Shown: positions 17,999 to 25,064 of the stretch, in pieces
Layout: each line of letters begins with the position of its first letter
Position numbering within the stretch: the first letter of the stretch is position 1
IMG/VR virus record: IMGVR_UViG_3300025789_000018
DNA: 64,000 nt
Origin: a virus
Taxonomy: Duplodnaviria; Caudoviricetes
Strand: one strand, 5' to 3'
Program-made: the position numbers and the translations under genes
Notes under the pieces: model-generated
The model's input: only the letters and a program-made list of their open reading frames with translations
The model's database searches: none
Told to the model about the DNA's origin: nothing

Positions 17999-18322
17999 TT
18001 ACTTAATGGAGTCGTAGAAGTTGCGAAGATCAGCTGGCATCTTGTCTTCCGGATAGACTTCAAAACGATGACGAATGATGGGACGCAGTGCTTCCTTACC
18101 CTCTTCATCAGCAGTTACATACTGACGCTGCAGTTCAGTAAGATCGCGGACCATACCTTCATTGTACTGTTCCGACTCGTGGAATACCTTGCTGTCAACA
18201 GCACGATAACGAGGAGCGAAGAACCCATACTCAGCATAGCCGAGATAATCAAGTCCAAAGCCCAACCCAAGAAGAGCAACAAACCCAAGAATGCTTGCTA
18301 GAATAATCTTACCCATAATCAA
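17999..18322 (-). CDS. membrane-anchored hypothetical protein
   Basis: N-terminal TM helix followed by a helical domain. Confidence 0.7.
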   Translation of the reverse strand: MIMGKIILASILGFVALLGLGFGLDYLGYAEYGFFAPRYRAVDSKVFHESEQYNEGMVRDLTELQRQYVTADEEGKEALRPIIRHRFEVYPEDKMPADLRNFYDSIK

Positions 18323-18561
18323 TCCTTTGTAATCTTGGTATTAAACAGAAGCGAAGTCAGAATCATAAGTCCCCATGCCTGAACCCAACTAATAGGATGG
18401 GCAAACGTAACAGCAGGAACAAGTGAGTCATTCCAGATCCACATGACAGGTAGTGCACAAAGCATGCCAAACATACAAGAAATGGCAATAGCACCAAGCA
18501 CACTAAACAGCCCGACCATAAACTTATCCATAATTTCTCTCTCAAAAAATGGGGCGATCAA
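18319..18561 (-). CDS. membrane protein
   Basis: PVMWIWN...ISWVQAWGLxIL phage membrane motif. Confidence 0.6.
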   Translation of the reverse strand: MIAPFFEREIMDKFMVGLFSVLGAIAISCMFGMLCALPVMWIWNDSLVPAVTFAHPISWVQAWGLMILTSLLFNTKITKD

Positions 18562-18572
18562 TAGACCGCCCC
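18544..18572 (-). terminator. rho-independent terminator
   Basis: GGGGCGGTC-TATT-GATCGCCCC followed by a U-tract. Confidence 0.8.
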
Positions 18573-18580
18573 AACAGTAA

Positions 18581-19075
18581 TTACTTGTAGAGCTTCACAT
18601 TGAAGTCAATAACGCTGTCCTTACGGAACGAACGCCAGCCTTCATTTTCAAGATCCCAAACAGCAATAGTGTCAGGGCTGGAAGCGCGACCGCTACCGCT
18701 AACCGAACCTTCAGGAATGATCGACTGATCACGAGTACCCCAAAGTTTACGGACCGATCCGTCAGCCTTAGTAAATTCTACCATAACTGCGCTCTTGTTC
18801 AGATAGTTTTCAAGAGCAGCGATATCTACACGAGTTTGATTCAAATGTTCCATAAGTGCGGCATAGCCTCCAATAATAGTGTCACCAATAAGAATGATAG
18901 GAACGCTTCTGGCATTCGGAACACGCATCTTGAGATCATCAAGATTTGCTTCCTCTTGTACATTAAGTTCAATATAAGCAAGACCACGGCTCTCTAGCAG
19001 CTTCTTAGCAGCATCGCAGTAACCGCATGCGGGCTTGGAATATACCTTAATTTTCTCCATAATCAAATCCTTCAT
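18581..19075 (-). CDS. glutaredoxin fused to a WYL_2/SH3-like domain
   Basis: N-term YSKPACGYC..AKKLL...RSVPxI.IG...IGGY; C-term VEFTKADGSVRxL.GT...VWDLExxGWRSFR. Confidence 0.8.
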   Translation of the reverse strand: MKDLIMEKIKVYSKPACGYCDAAKKLLESRGLAYIELNVQEEANLDDLKMRVPNARSVPIILIGDTIIGGYAALMEHLNQTRVDIAALENYLNKSAVMVEFTKADGSVRKLWGTRDQSIIPEGSVSGSGRASSPDTIAVWDLENEGWRSFRKDSVIDFNVKLYK

Positions 19076-19277
19076 CTATTTGGTAACCAAGTTTCAACAA
19101 AATGTTTTTATAAATGTCTGACTCAGACCAATGGTCTCCGCCAAAACAGCTTGCATGAGGAATCATTTCGAGAAGAACCTCCTCGTTCAAATATACGATT
19201 GCGCCTTCTGCCCAGCTCATGCCGCAGGTTTCACAATCAGATGTGTCGGAAAGGTGTTCTATCTTAATGTTCATCAT
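19047..19277 (-). CDS. hypothetical protein
   Basis: 76 aa; DCETCG...PxASCF motif; downstream of a promoter. Confidence 0.65.
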   Translation of the reverse strand: MMNIKIEHLSDTSDCETCGMSWAEGAIVYLNEEVLLEMIPHASCFGGDHWSESDIYKNILLKLGYQIDEGFDYGEN

Positions 19278-19284
19278 GGTACTA

Positions 19285-19313
19285 ATTATACCTCATTATA
19301 TATGGGAAGTCAA
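19285..19313 (-). promoter_or_regulatory. sigma70-type early promoter
   Basis: TTGACT-17-TATAAT. Confidence 0.75.
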
Positions 19314-19315
19314 GT

Positions 19316-19350
19316 AAAAAATGGGGTAGCAATTTTTATTTTGCCACCCC
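19316..19350 (-). terminator. rho-independent terminator after tRNA-Thr
   Basis: GGGGTGGCAA/TTGCTACCCC stem plus U-tract. Confidence 0.7.
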
Positions 19351-19357
19351 ACAATTA

Positions 19358-19432
19358 TGGTGCCGGATGCGGGATTCGAACTCGCGACCTACCGCTTACA
19401 AGGCGGTTGCTCTACCACTGAGCTAATCCGGC
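19358..19432 (-). tRNA. tRNA-Thr(UGU)
   Basis: Cloverleaf, loop CT-TGT-AA, TTCGAAT T-loop, encoded CCA. Confidence 0.95.
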
Positions 19433-19439
19433 GAAGTTA

Positions 19440-19835
19440 TTAACTTCTATTATTTAGTTCATCAATTTTAAATGTAAGTTCATCGAACTTTTCATCAAGA
19501 TCATCAAAGTGTTCATCTAAATGTTTTTCTAGCAAAAGCATCTTTTTATGCTGGCCAGTTTCTAAGTTGTAAATATCAATAGATCTTTGTCTATCTAACG
19601 TTTCGACTCTATTTTGAGCCATCATAATAACAGGGGCAGCGTATGCAGCCTGGAAACTCAAAGCTAAGTTCAGGAATATAAAGGGATATGGATCAAACGG
19701 ATGGTTAGAAACCGTGTTCCAGAGAATATAAAGCATCAAAATCAGAGTTTGGGAAATAATAAATTTCCAGGAACCCATAAGGGTTGCGCACTTATCTGCC
19801 AACCTCTCACCAAGAGAGAGTTGGGTATTTGGCAC
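19440..19835 (-). CDS. DUF1003-like membrane protein
   Basis: GERLAD...GSW.FII.Q...FDPYPFIFLNL.LS.QAAYAAPVIMMAQNR. Confidence 0.9.
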   Translation of the reverse strand: MPNTQLSLGERLADKCATLMGSWKFIISQTLILMLYILWNTVSNHPFDPYPFIFLNLALSFQAAYAAPVIMMAQNRVETLDRQRSIDIYNLETGQHKKMLLLEKHLDEHFDDLDEKFDELTFKIDELNNRS

Positions 19836-19897
19836 TTTTAGTCTCCTTTATTAGTGCTTTCTAGATTCCATAATATACATTATTTATATCATCCGTA

Positions 19898-20101
19898 TCA
19901 ACAAAAATCCTTAAACATGCCTTTTCTTCCTTCTTCACCGAGTTGTTGGTCGAAAATATCTTTACACTTAGTGAGCATCGCGCAAGCAAGCATCAAAATC
20001 TCATTAGGATCAGCAAGCATAATACTACCATCAATGAATTGCATCATTTCGTTCATACGAGTCTTAACCTCGTCAGGACTCATACGTTTTCCTTTAGCCA
20101 T
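19898..20101 (-). CDS. hypothetical protein
   Basis: 67-aa ORF. Confidence 0.6.
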   Translation of the reverse strand: MAKGKRMSPDEVKTRMNEMMQFIDGSIMLADPNEILMLACAMLTKCKDIFDQQLGEEGRKGMFKDFC

Positions 20102-20622
20102 GCCAATACATTCTGAGGAGAGCTTTCACCGTAAGGATCATCATCAGCATCCCAACGCTTACCTGGCTCAATGAACCACTTTTCGATCTTGCCATTATTG
20201 ACAACTACTGCGTAACGCCAAGAACGAATACCAAATCCAAGATTATACTTACTAACATCCATACCCATATTACGAGTAAATTCGGCATTACCATCAGGAA
20301 TAACTTTGACTTTCTTCAGCTTCTGCTGTTTTGCCCAAGCATTCATAACAAAAGCATCATTGACGCTTACGCAATAAATGTCCTTGATACCTAGCTTCTT
20401 AAAATCAGGATAGAGCTTTTCAAAATCAGGAAGCTGATATGTCGAACAGGTAGGAGTAAACGCTCCCGGAAGAGAGAAAAGAACAACTCGCTTACCTGCA
20501 AACAACTCAAACGTGGTAACATCTTGCCAGCGATACGGATTCGGTCCTTCGATAGAATCATCGCGGACACGAGTATTAAACAATACGCTAGGAACCAACG
20601 TCGGTAGAAGGTCAATATCCAT
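20080..20622 (-). CDS. peroxiredoxin (Prx5/glutaredoxin-dependent type)
   Basis: VVLFSLPGAFTPTCS, CVSVNDAFVMNAW, PDGNAEFT, GIRSWRYA. Confidence 0.93.
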   Translation of the reverse strand: MDIDLLPTLVPSVLFNTRVRDDSIEGPNPYRWQDVTTFELFAGKRVVLFSLPGAFTPTCSTYQLPDFEKLYPDFKKLGIKDIYCVSVNDAFVMNAWAKQQKLKKVKVIPDGNAEFTRNMGMDVSKYNLGFGIRSWRYAVVVNNGKIEKWFIEPGKRWDADDDPYGESSPQNVLAWLKENV

Positions 20623-20633
20623 AATAAAATTCC

Positions 20634-20810
20634 TTACGGCTCAATAACAACAAGTTCAGTAGGCAGCTGCTTACGATGTAAGACAAGAACTGAATCAAGA
20701 GGAGAGAAAAAGTCAGATTCTTCCATAATCTTAGTATAAGAAGAAACTGTCTCATCAATAGCTCCAGAAGGGATATCATCCACATTTACATATAGTACAT
20801 ACTTTGCCAT
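20634..20810 (-). CDS. hypothetical protein
   Basis: Manual translation MAKYVLYV..., 58 aa. Confidence 0.5.
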   Translation of the reverse strand: MAKYVLYVNVDDIPSGAIDETVSSYTKIMEESDFFSPLDSVLVLHRKQLPTELVVIEP

Positions 20811-20847
20811 ATTTTATGCTCCAATAATTCCGAATAACTCCAAAAAA

Positions 20848-20931
20848 TGGCTCCTGCGGTAGGACTCGAACCTACAATGCGTGAGCGGTTGATTAACAGT
20901 CAACTGGGTCTACCAATTCCCCCACACAGGA
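20848..20931 (-). tRNA. tRNA-Asn(GUU) with an atypically long variable region
   Basis: Acceptor TCCTGTG/CGCAGGA, G73, anticodon arm GTTGA-CTGTTAA-TCAAC, 12-nt variable region, CCA. Confidence 0.85.
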
Positions 20932-20936
20932 ACAAA

Positions 20937-21566
20937 CTAAATACCTCTTTTTTTACCATTCTGAGAAACAAACTCTTCAAGCAAATCAGAACATCTAGTT
21001 ACAAAGTTTGATTTTGTATACTTATAGTCAACTATTGTGACGAACTTTTCCCATCCATATTCACAATAAATCTTATAATATTCTCTATAAACTTCTATAT
21101 TTTTTAATCTGCGAAGTTCTAGTTTTGATTGAGATTTGATCTTTTGTTTCTTAACTCTACCTTTATTCCAACCAGTTGGTACCACAGAATCGATTGTTAT
21201 TTTCTTGGAAATAACACCATCATTTATCCACATGGTTCCAAACTGAGAGTTGCCCGAGCCAGATTGAGATTCTGACATTACTTTACTAAAACTTCTTCTT
21301 ATCCAACCATATAACTTATTTGAAGAACGATTGGGTATCATCATCTGAGCGGCCATAATCAACTTAAAGTTGTTAGGATATATTTTCACCAAAAGTTGAT
21401 GTGCCACATAGTGTTCTTCTGGGGTTAGATATACCAGATTTGATTTATCATCAGAACCACCCATACAACGAGGAACAATATGATGTTCTTCATAATATGT
21501 TTGGTCATCTCTGAATCTATTAAGACCCCGATCAATGAGTGATTTGTATATCTTCTGGTAATCCAT
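20937..21566 (-). mobile_element. free-standing HNH homing endonuclease (MobE-like)
   Basis: MDYQKIY...YYEEHHIVPRCMGGSDD..NLV.LTPEEHYVAH.LL.KIYP. Confidence 0.88.
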
Positions 21567-21576
21567 GAGCAATCCT

Positions 21577-21623
21577 ACTGTTAATCTATATTACTTATAT
21601 AAAAGTAGTTTTTGATTAACAGT
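21577..21623 (-). promoter_or_regulatory. RBS-occluding hairpin with an internal late-promoter variant
   Basis: 10-bp inverted repeat ACTGTTAATC/GATTAACAGT (21577-86, 21614-23) abutting the AGG SD; TATAAGTA lies between the arms. Confidence 0.7.
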
Positions 21624-21641
21624 GAGAATATAACTTATTTA

Positions 21642-21718
21642 TGGCGCGCCCGACAGGAGTCGAACCTGTGACCTCAAGATTAGAAGTCTCGCGCTCTATC
21701 CAGCTGAGCTACGGGCGC
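21642..21718 (-). tRNA. tRNA-Arg(UCU)
   Basis: Cloverleaf, CT-TCT-AA, CCA. Confidence 0.95.
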
Positions 21719-21729
21719 ATTCAATATTA

Positions 21730-21758
21730 CTTATACGCTATATCAAAAACAAAGTCAA
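21730..21758 (-). promoter_or_regulatory. sigma70-type promoter
   Basis: TTGACT-17-TATAAG. Confidence 0.6.
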
Positions 21759-21761
21759 GTT

Positions 21762-22532
21762 TTATTTTGTGACTGTCCAAAAATCGCTGGCAAGATCACG
21801 GTCAGTAATATATGCATATGGCATGTAGAAATAGCCATTATCTCCCCAAGCAGAACCCCATGAGTTACGAACGATAACACGCTGTTTTGCATCGTCATAT
21901 CCTACCATAAGGACAGCATGACCGCCAATAGGAGTAGCGTTATGAGGAGGCATGTGAAGAACACCAGTTGCAGCGACGTCTTCTGATTGAAATTCATCGA
22001 ATACACTAAAGCCAAAGACAATAGGATATCCCGATGAAAGAACTTTCTTGATATCATCCATTCCGTTATCGCGACTTACACGAGCAGAAGCAGTAATCTT
22101 TCGGGTAGCAGCATCAGCATAGGCAGCATCAGCAGGTTTGATGAAAATCTTTCCAGTGCTGTATGGCCACAAGGCTTCAGTACAAACACCAGTATTTGTG
22201 ATAGAAGCAATACCATCGCTAATTTGTGCACCAGCATCTTGGTTGACACTGTTTTCAATCGATCGTTCGTTATAGTAAACAAACAGACGACTTAGCGAAA
22301 TTAAAGTATTGTCCTTTTCAAAATCATGATCTTTATTCTCTAGGAACTCAACAGCAGCCACAATGGCATTCCCTGTACAAGAGCCAATCGTACCCTGGTC
22401 AAATACAGGCGGGCAAATCTTGCGAAGGTCAACGGTTGGATGCGAGGTCTTAACTAAAGTAAAAGCAGGATGATTCTGTACGTATACATCTCTGGCGTCG
22501 TGGTAATCTCTTTTCCAGTTATACAATCCCAT
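21762..22532 (-). CDS. papain-like cysteine protease (C1A)
   Basis: DQGTIGSCTGNA (Gln/Cys), GGHAVLMVGY (His), VRNSWGSAWGDNGYF (Asn). Confidence 0.93.
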   Translation of the reverse strand: MGLYNWKRDYHDARDVYVQNHPAFTLVKTSHPTVDLRKICPPVFDQGTIGSCTGNAIVAAVEFLENKDHDFEKDNTLISLSRLFVYYNERSIENSVNQDAGAQISDGIASITNTGVCTEALWPYSTGKIFIKPADAAYADAATRKITASARVSRDNGMDDIKKVLSSGYPIVFGFSVFDEFQSEDVAATGVLHMPPHNATPIGGHAVLMVGYDDAKQRVIVRNSWGSAWGDNGYFYMPYAYITDRDLASDFWTVTK

Positions 22533-22549
22533 TGCAGTATCCTTATATT

Positions 22550-22636
22550 TGGTGGGGAAGGATGGATTCGAACCAACTCACCGGTTAAAGATCAGATTTA
22601 CAGTCTGACGCACCTCTCCAACTGTGCCGCTTCCCC
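22550..22636 (-). tRNA. tRNA-Tyr(GUA)
   Basis: Class II cloverleaf, CT-GTA-AA, CCA. Confidence 0.93.
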
Positions 22637-22641
22637 AAATT

Positions 22642-22715
22642 TGGATGCCCTCCAAGGACTCGAACCTTGATTGACGGAGTCAGAGTCCGCTCTCTTACCA
22701 TTAGAGGAAAGGGCA
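22642..22715 (-). tRNA. tRNA-Gln(CUG)
   Basis: Cloverleaf, CT-CTG-AC, CCA. Confidence 0.93.
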
Positions 22716-22716
22716 A

Positions 22717-22905
22717 TTACATCATATTTATATCAACAATATTACGATTCAGCAAATGGCGAGCCATGCGATGTTCAAGTTTTTTATCGCGGCTACGAGC
22801 CTTTTTGCTACGCCGATTATTGTAGGTTTCAGTAGGAAAAGTATCATGACCCGGACAGCAACGCTCGATCAGGCTGGGCTTAACAAAATAAATGTCGCGC
22901 TTCAT
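22717..22905 (-). CDS. small basic hypothetical protein
   Basis: 62 aa from MKRDIY; CCPGHD...R.SKKARS. Confidence 0.6.
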   Translation of the reverse strand: MKRDIYFVKPSLIERCCPGHDTFPTETYNNRRSKKARSRDKKLEHRMARHLLNRNIVDINMM

Positions 22906-22919
22906 ACATTCTCCTATAT

Positions 22920-22997
22920 TGGAGCACCGAGCCAGATTCGAACTGGCGACTTTAGTGCTTTGCAGGCACTTGCAATGGACCACTCTGCCATCGGCGC
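22920..22997 (-). tRNA. tRNA-Cys(GCA)
   Basis: AGTGC-CTGCAAA-GCACT, U73, CCA. Confidence 0.93.
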
Positions 22998-23013
22998 ATT
23001 CATTCTATTTATA

Positions 23014-23087
23014 TGGTGCGCAAGGGAAGAATCGAACTTCCGTCGACCGATTATCAGTCGGGTGCTCTACCATTGAGCTACATGCGC
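23014..23087 (-). tRNA. tRNA-Ile(GAU)
   Basis: Cloverleaf, CT-GAT-AA, CCA. Confidence 0.92.
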
Positions 23088-23091
23088 ATTA

Positions 23092-23167
23092 TGGCGACTC
23101 GTACGGGAATTGAACCCGTGGTCTCTTGCGTGACAGGCAAGCGTCTTAACCACTCGACTAACGAGCC
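23092..23167 (-). tRNA. tRNA-Asp(GUC)
   Basis: Cloverleaf, CT-GTC-AC, G73, CCA. Confidence 0.94.
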
Positions 23168-23250
23168 AAACTGTTTAGAAGAACACACAGGAGTAAGCAT
23201 CCTGCTTTTTAAGCTACACCGTGAGAACCTGTGTATTCATCAAAATAGAT

Positions 23251-23399
23251 TGGTGGGAGCGGCGGGACTCGAACCCGCACGGTCAAAAGACCACAAGATT
23301 TTAATAGGCGAGGATTCCGGATTCGCACCGTCAGTCTTACTGATCTACGCTTTCGCGCTTTCCTCGGTCTCGGGCGTCTACCAATTCCGCCACGCTCCC
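23251..23399 (-). tRNA. tRNA-Leu(UAA) interrupted by a 62-nt structured intervening sequence (23305-23366)
   Basis: 5' half GGGAGCG-TG-GCGGAATTGGTAGACGC-C-CGAGA-C; 3' half TTAAAA-TCTTG, variable arm GGTC-TTTT-GACC, GCGGG-TTCGAGT-CCCGC, CGCTCCC-A-CCA; joining the halves restores loop CTTAAAA. Confidence 0.85.
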
Positions 23400-23407
23400 A
23401 CTATATT

Positions 23408-23483
23408 TGGTGCCTCCGGAGAGAGTCGAACTCCCGACGCCCAGATCTTCAATCTGGCGCTCTACCAACTGAGCTACAGAGGC
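23408..23483 (-). tRNA. tRNA-Phe(GAA)
   Basis: Cloverleaf, TT-GAA-GA, CCA. Confidence 0.95.
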
Positions 23484-23491
23484 ATTAAAAC

Positions 23492-23548
23492 ATTCGACGC
23501 CCGGAGTCGAACCGGCTTAGTGCACTAGCGCCCACACGCACGTCGAAT
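23492..23548 (-). ncRNA. putative tRNA-like mini-RNA (T-arm plus closing stem, no CCA)
   Basis: ATTCGACG/CGTCGAAT closing stem and CCGG-TTCGACT-CCGG T-arm. Confidence 0.4.
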
Positions 23549-23553
23549 AACAT

Positions 23554-23628
23554 TGGTGGGGGAAGGTAGATTCGAACTACCAGCCTATGGCGTATGAGAC
23601 CATCGCTCCACCGTTGAGCTATTCCCCC
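23554..23628 (-). tRNA. tRNA with CAU anticodon (Met or Ile2)
   Basis: GGGGGAA/TTCCCCC acceptor, CT-CAT-AC, CCA. Confidence 0.88.
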
Positions 23629-23629
23629 A

Positions 23630-23704
23630 TGGTACTCGGTGAGAGATTTGAACTCCCGACCCTCTCCGTGTAAAGGAGTTGCGCTACCACTGCGCCAACC
23701 GAGC
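23630..23704 (-). tRNA. tRNA-Val(UAC)
   Basis: Cloverleaf, TT-TAC-AC, CCA. Confidence 0.9.
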
Positions 23705-23713
23705 ATTATTCTT

Positions 23714-23796
23714 TGGTGCCCGTGGAGGGACTCGAACCCCCACCCTCTCGGACTGGTACCTAAAACCAGCGCGTCTACCAATTCCACCACACGGGC
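23714..23796 (-). tRNA. tRNA-Leu(UAG)
   Basis: Class II cloverleaf, TT-TAG-GT, CCA. Confidence 0.94.
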
Positions 23797-23807
23797 AAAT
23801 AAACTAT

Positions 23808-24035
23808 TTATGCAATCAACTGTTCAATCTTGGCCTTAACAGACTTAGCACGATCAATATGACCAACCTTAACAATACGCTTCTCAGCTAGTTTCGTTTC
23901 GGTTTCAACAATCTTGACGACATTGTTTTCTTCACGAGTAACAAAATCATCTAGTTCTTGTGATACACGATTAAATGTATTCAAAATAGTATGAATAGAC
24001 TTGATACCAAACAAAGCCAAAATACGCTCAACCAT
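23808..24035 (-). CDS. hypothetical helical protein
   Basis: 75-aa ORF with SD AGGA between tRNA genes. Confidence 0.55.
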   Translation of the reverse strand: MVERILALFGIKSIHTILNTFNRVSQELDDFVTREENNVVKIVETETKLAEKRIVKVGHIDRAKSVKAKIEQLIA

Positions 24036-24082
24036 AATATATGTCTTTCCTGTAAGAGCTAATTACACAATTATTTATATAG

Positions 24083-24159
24083 TGGTGGACCCTCTGGGAC
24101 TCGAACCCAGCACCTTCCGATTAAAAGTCGGACGCTCTAACCAACTGAGCTAAGGGTCC
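24083..24159 (-). tRNA. tRNA-Lys(UUU)
   Basis: Cloverleaf, CT-TTT-AA, CCA. Confidence 0.95.
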
Positions 24160-24178
24160 ATATTCACTTAACATTGAC

Positions 24179-24207
24179 AGTATACCAAAACAAAGGTGCA
24201 AAGTCAA
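24179..24207 (-). promoter_or_regulatory. sigma70-type promoter within the tRNA cluster
   Basis: TTGACT-17-TATACT. Confidence 0.75.
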
Positions 24208-24217
24208 GCTAAAAATT

Positions 24218-24294
24218 TGGCGCACCCAATAGGACTCGAACCTATAACCTTCGGCTTCGTAGGCCGACGCTCTATCCAGTTGAGCTATGAGTGC
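24218..24294 (-). tRNA. tRNA-Arg(ACG)
   Basis: Cloverleaf, CT-ACG-AA, CCA. Confidence 0.95.
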
Positions 24295-24309
24295 ATAAAA
24301 TATTATTTA

Positions 24310-24386
24310 TGGTGTGACGTGAGAGATTCGAACTCTCTATCTTCGGCTCCACAAGCCGACGCATCATCCATGTCTGCCTACGTCAC
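24310..24386 (-). tRNA. tRNA-His(GUG), A73 discriminator
   Basis: TCGGC-TTGTGGA-GCCGA; 3' end ACGTCAC-A-CCA. Confidence 0.9.
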
Positions 24387-24390
24387 CACA

Positions 24391-24482
24391 TGGCGGAAGA
24401 TCAGGGAGTCGAACCCACGGAACCTATTTCTAGGCTCAACACCTTAGCAGGGTGCCGATTTCAACCACTCATCCAACTCACC
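24391..24482 (-). tRNA. tRNA-Ser(GCU), chimeric, with mispaired acceptor and T stems
   Basis: GCACC-CTGCTAA-GGTGT anticodon arm and long variable arm; 5' GGTGAGT pairs poorly with 3' ATCTTCC; 5' part overlaps the last codons of the upstream endonuclease. Confidence 0.7.
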
Positions 24483-25064
24483 AATTTCTTTTTTTCTTAA
24501 CACCTTTAATGTTAACTCTTTAGGGAATTGATCCCATTTTGCTTTATCCATTTCCGTCTCATAACCTTTTATTTCAATATAAGAATTCCAATCTTCGACA
24601 AAAAAGTCTGGAAGATATGTAGAAGGCTTACCATCAGGTTTAATGTATGGAAATCTTTTCTTATTTCTTAACCAAGTTAATTTATTGGCATCTGCATATT
24701 TACAAAATATCAATTCCCATGAACCATCAACTTTAATTTCACCAGCAATAGGAGAAGAATATGGATATTTTTTGCATCTTCCAGCAACACATTCCCAACC
24801 ATTTGCATATCGTTCATTAATTTTATCAGACAATTTTTTCTTAGATTTATCAGAATGTTTTCTGCCTAAGAAGGTGCCTGGTTTGTTTTTTGTTCCTACG
24901 TCATAATGTAGAGTTTTGCCTTTATTCCATGGGGTAGGATTTTCAGCTTTATATCGTTTGAATGGAGATTCTTGTTTTTGAGGATTTTCTTTGCACATTC
25001 GTTCATGATTGCACAAAGAATTTTTATTTTTACATTCTTTTTGACAGTAACAGCACAATAACAT
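24444..25064 (-). mobile_element. free-standing PD-(D/E)XK endonuclease with zinc finger and NUMOD3-type motif, inserted in the tRNA-Ser locus
   Basis: CCYC...LCNHERMC zinc finger; FLGRKHS..SKKKLS; GSWE..F; YLPDFF...YIEIKGY; TATAAATA late promoter at 25084-25091. Confidence 0.8.

Noticed and set aside
23305-23366. Hammerhead or twister-sister ribozyme in the tRNA-Leu insert
   Set aside because: CUGA is paired in a stem and not followed by NGA; helix order and the internal cleavage loop do not match twister-sister
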